A stretch of 63,566 bases of DNA, filler included, from Vannella sp. (lineage: Eukaryota): assembly GCA_023345925.1 (NCBI GenBank). It is 5 parts of 5 records of this genome, joined end to end, with 100 filler letters (N's around TTAATTAATTAA, not from the genome) between each part and the next. Parts side by side here need not be neighbours in the genome. Positions count along the whole stretch, not along the records: positions 59,231 to 63,566 come from JAJQQN010000356.1; 4 more parts are not named here. One strand, written 5' to 3'. Shown in pieces: positions 59,131 through 63,566 of this stretch (positions are counted from its first letter, which is position 1; each line of letters opens with the position of its first letter). Both the position numbers and the translations under genes were made by a program. The notes beneath the pieces are model-generated. The model had not been told where the DNA came from. It was given only the letters and a program-made list of their open reading frames with translations, and ran no database searches.

Positions 59131-59230
59131 NNNNNNNNNNNNNNNNNNNNNNNNNNNNNNNNNNNNNNNNNNNNTTAATTAATTAANNNNNNNNNNNNNN
59201 NNNNNNNNNNNNNNNNNNNNNNNNNNNNNN
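59131..59230. other. Artificial contig spacer
   Basis: N44-TTAATTAATTAA-N44. Confidence 0.97.
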
Positions 59231-59549
59231 CTGAACTACCCCCTACTTCACCCAGCATCCTCCCCTGATTCTTCGCCGTCCCTCCCCTCCTTCTCCTCTT
59301 CCTCCTCCTCGTCTGAAACAAGGAAAGTCAAAAGAGGACGTAAGCCCTGCGCCAACCCCACTCCCCAAGCCCTGCGTCAACGAGCCTATCGAATGAGAAA
59401 GCAAATGAAGAAGACCCTCGACCCCAACACGGAGGACATCGTCCGCTCTGTCGCAGCTGACCTTCACGACCCTGAGCTTTCCATCCACGAACGCCACGTT
59501 GCTGAGATCCTGATGAGCCTCAAGAGCCTGCAAGCAACTATATACTAAA
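59231..59549 (+). CDS. C-terminal fragment of a hypothetical protein, probably spliced
   Basis: S/P-rich exon ending at GTAAG (~59340), then KTLDPNTEDIV...HVAEILMSLKSLQATIY*. Confidence 0.4.
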
Positions 59550-59617
59550 CCTGAACCCAACTTTACGTCGCTGCAAGGGAGAAGGAGAAGGACGTTGCAC
59601 CACGCTTGGGTGGTTTA

Positions 59618-62600
59618 TTACTGACTAGCAGGGGGAGGGAAGAGTGTAATGGGGACTCCTGGACGAGTTTGGTTGGGAGGAAGGAAGGCAGGAGGGCGGC
59701 CGTAACCGCCAGGAACTCCCTGTGGGACCGGTCCAGGAGGGAACGGACCACCAACATAACCAGGTGGTACTACGAAGGGCATGGAAGGATTGGGAGGGAA
59801 GTGAGGAGGGTATCCCATGCCAGGACGCATGATCGCGGTCGGTTGGAAGGTCGTGCTCCCCAAAGGGACTTGGCTGGGGGCAGGGCTCGCGGTCAGGGGT
59901 TGCATTGCGGGTCCCGGCTCAAAGAACATCGCAAAGGCAGTGGGTTGGGAGGTAGTTGGGTCAGCAGCGCAGGACTGACTGGCAAGTGCACTCTCTTGGG
60001 CTGGGATTGCAGTGGCTGGTACCACCGCCGGGGACTGAGTCTCTGGAGCAGAAGAAGTAACATCTGCAGTGACTACTGGAACCTGTTCCACAGCCACTGG
60101 AACCTGCTCAGCTGGAGCTTCCGGGGCGGGTTTGTCCTTGGGAGTATTGAGCCGTTTCGGCTTCTCCCTCTCCCTTCGCTCCTTGACTCTCTCTTTCTGT
60201 TGAGGAGCTGCACTTACTCCTGTCTTGATAGCGTGGGACTCTGCACTGGGAAAAGGGGACCGCGGCTTCTCCTGCGCCCTGACATTCTTCTCAGCAGCGG
60301 GAACAGACTTCCGTGTGCCAGTCACTGGCACTTTCAAACAGAACCGTGCCTCCACGTTCTTGAGGCCCCGATAGGAAGCGCACGCCCCATCCATGTTACT
60401 TCCTCCAATAAACTCCTTCGCGAAGAGGATATCGACGGTGCCTCTTTGTTGGTCTGAAGCGCTGATGACTGCCAGGCTTCCAAAAGCAGGACCTGATGAG
60501 GTATGGAGGAAGGCAATGATATCTCCAACAACGTATTGGGTCGATGTCTCACTAGAGAGGATCAAATTGTTGATGGGAAGTTGGAGCAGGTCCCGTTTGA
60601 TGACTTGACGAGTCACGGAGCTCTTCTTCTCCTTCAGTTCATCCAACTGCTTGCAAAGAGCGTCCAGTTTCTTCTCTACCAAGCCGATAGCTTTGGCAGA
60701 CATCGAATCCTGCTCAGAGGACCGGCGCTCCAAGGAGGACAGGTTCTTCCCTTTCAGCCACTTCTTCAACACCCCTATGCGCTTCGGGTCTTTGGGGAAC
60801 ACTTGATCTGGCTGCAGTGTAGTAGCATCTCGGCAGCTCTGCACTGCTTCAAATACCTCCGGGAAGAGGCTGCGGTACTCTTGCAGAAGATCGAATGCCT
60901 TCTGTGTGAAGAACCACTGGTTTCTTATCATCTTGGAGTACCCAACGACCTTCTCTCCACGCCCACTAAACTTGAGAGCCAGTCCTATATCCAGTTTGAT
61001 CTTCTTGAGGTAGACCTGTCCAGTGATCTGGGAGAGCGCCTTCGAGCTCGTCTGTAGTGCCCTGCTAATATAGTCCATGGAGAAGACTACCTCTTGGTGT
61101 TTCTCGTGGATAGGATAAGCAAAGTCATGTATCACAGGAAGCGGTGTGAACTCTACTTCACATCGGCCGTATCCCACGTATCCTACAATGGTCCCAGTGG
61201 CTCCCTTCACATCCCTTTTGGTGACAAGCACCGGGCAATCCAGGGGGAACATGTTTCTGGTGGCCAAAGCCTCCCCCTCAACGTATCGTGGGTCGGCGTT
61301 CTTAATCTCGGTGACTAGGGCTTGATAAGGGTACCAGTAAGCAGCACTGGAGTTGTACACCTTTGTCAATTTACCGCGAGCAGTAGCTGCCAAGCCAATC
61401 ACTGGCTCCACGCGAACTAGAACCTGAAGTGCGCCAATCTGAATGCCGCGTCTTGTTAAAAAGTCATTCTCCACAGTATTCTTTGCTGAATCCCACTGCT
61501 TGCTATCAAAAGGAGTGGCAAAGTTGCTCCCTACTCGAAGATACTCGCAGCAAATCTCTGTCACGCGAACCTCCTCATGATAAGGCCAGTTACTGAAGGC
61601 CTGCTTGCCAATCAAAGTCTTTCCCAGCTGTTGGACGATCACTTGAGAGTGGACCTTCTCCAAGGCTTGCTCCTGCTCAAAGCGAATGTGCTGTTCGGTG
61701 ACGCTCTCGTCAGTGACAAAGGCAAAATCATCTTCTTCCTCAGAGTCAGGGTCCCAATGAGGAGCCACGGGAGGTTGCCAAAGAGGCTCTTCTTCAAGGC
61801 AAATGATGAGCGAGTCCTTTCGAGACGGACCTCGGAAGAGGCTGACTTTGGCGAATTTCACTTGGGAAGAGAACTGTTTCGTGGCCATCGTAGGGAAACG
61901 CGCGGGGGCAAAGGGACCCATCATAACGCCAGAACATAGCTTGAAGTCAATCTCAAAATTGGGCAACGGAAGGGGAACCTTGTTGGCAGGGATATTCACA
62001 AGAGAAGGGATACCAGGAAGCGTTGAAGCCACATCTCCTCGATAAGCATCGTCATAAAAGTACCAAATAGCGTCCTTATTCAGTCGGTTGCGGAACTGCT
62101 CGTGCTGGGGAATCGCTGTCAAATCGATAGTGTCACAAGCAGCCCGGAGTTCCTCGGCATTGATGAAGGGGATGATGACAATGGCCTCCCAATCGTTCCG
62201 CTTTCCGTTTTGGTCCAGTTCAAACTCTAACGGATAATACTGCTTGAGGGGTGAGCCATTCGCAGACATCAGCTTCTGATATTCCACCGGCAGAAGCCTT
62301 TTGCTGGCTATTGGGAGAACTCCCAGCAACTGCTGGAATGGTGTGAAGGGCTCGCTAGCAGGAAATTGGTCCGTTCCGTCAAAGGTTGGCACGAACAAGA
62401 GGTCCGTGGCGAGTGGAGCATAGTGATAAGGATAGAACCAACCCCACGATGGGCACCCAGTGTAGTAGTACTTCAGTACCCACGCCAGTCCCTGGAGATA
62501 ATCAAACCGCAGTTTCTCGTGGAACTCCTCATTTTTGAGAGATTGTTTGAACTTCTGGATGTAGTAGCCATGCTTCCAGGCATCGTCTGGATTGGAGTCT

Positions 62601-63566
62601 TTGAAAGCTGCCCGTTGCTTCTCAATGTTGCTAGTAGAGAGACCCAAGGAAGAGAGCTGTTGCTGTACTTGGTTGACAGCGTTGTTGATGTGTTCCCCAG
62701 CCTTGCCCTTCGCCTTGGAGGGGTTCTTTTTCTTGTTTTTTGTAGCTCCTGTTGATGAGCAGATATCAAGCTCATCGTCGTCTTCGTCTGGCATGATGAA
62801 GGCATTCACACCGAGCACTTCCTTCTCGATGACAGACACGTGCTCGATGAAGAGGCGACAAGGACCCGGATTGATGTTACCGTGGGAAGTAAGGTAACCC
62901 CCAAAGGTGTGCACGTTGTCCCTGTACATTCTGAACATCCCATTCAGCGCTTCTTCAGAGATATCAAGGAAGGGAAGGTTGGGCAAGAAGTCATTGCCAA
63001 TGAAATAGCACATAAACACAAAGTCGTCAATGACGCGCTCCAGATCGTAGTAGAAGTCCTCATGGGGAGATGGCTCCTCCCCTCTGACAGGTAAACAGCC
63101 TTTGAACTCCTCGTGAAGGTATTCACGCACCACAGAGAGGTGGAGAAGCTGGAAATTGGAGCCCTTGCGAGAGCGATTGGCTCCCCCTTTCCCCCTGCCA
63201 TCACCAAGTGATGTCAGAGGTGAGGGGCTGACTTGTTCGAGGACGTTTTCGCGGAGGATGGAGAAGTGAGGCTCGTGGGTGACGAGGCTGAGCATGATGA
63301 GATCGGCATCAAGGCCGTAGAAGCAGTGGGTAGCGTTGGGGTCCCACAGACAGCCAACAGGTTGGTCTTTGCCACGTATCCTATCTCGGAAGGTGCGGAA
63401 GATAGGTGAGGACTCCTCACCAGTACTATCAAGACTTTGAGACTTCATCTTGCGGATGAAAGACATGATTTTGTGCTCTCCCTCTCCAGGTACGTCGTGT
63501 CCGGAGAAGATAACGTTCAAGTCCCTCCAGATGTCATCCTCTGAGATCTATTCTACCACTCAGAGG
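59618..63566 (-). CDS. XRN1: 5'-3' exoribonuclease 1, 5' end outside the window
   Basis: VPGEGEHKIM, HCFYGLDADLIML, GNDFLP, SWGWFYPYHYAP, PFQQLLGVLP, plus the Xrn1-type C-terminal extension (IGLALKF). Confidence 0.95.

Overview
Gene-dense eukaryotic (protist, probably amoebozoan-like) genomic DNA with short (~45-70 nt) GT-AG introns. The window is five contigs joined by 100-nt artificial spacers (N44-TTAATTAATTAA-N44), so adjacency across spacers is unproven. It carries about 27 protein-coding genes, including NF1, a PH-C2-C2 RasGAP, a VPS9 protein, a myotubularin, syntaxin-6-like, MAK16, IPI1/TEX10, SBDS, XRN1, a GH25 lysozyme, a CYP39-like P450, a GRAM-VASt protein and a MAST/Rim15-like kinase. 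The standout locus is 13.6-26.6 kb. An uninterrupted ~2530-aa protein joins CCCH zinc fingers, a DEAH RNA helicase, RING-IBR, a PARP-like ADP-ribosyltransferase, two WWE domains and a catalytically degenerate nucleotidyltransferase. It is followed directly by a paralogous mini gene (CCCH-WWE-WWE-NTase) whose NTase motifs are intact, and it lies head-to-head with a possible SMI1/KNR4-LRR gene. This reads as a candidate RNA-sensing or antiviral module. All domain calls come from motif recognition by eye; no searches were run.
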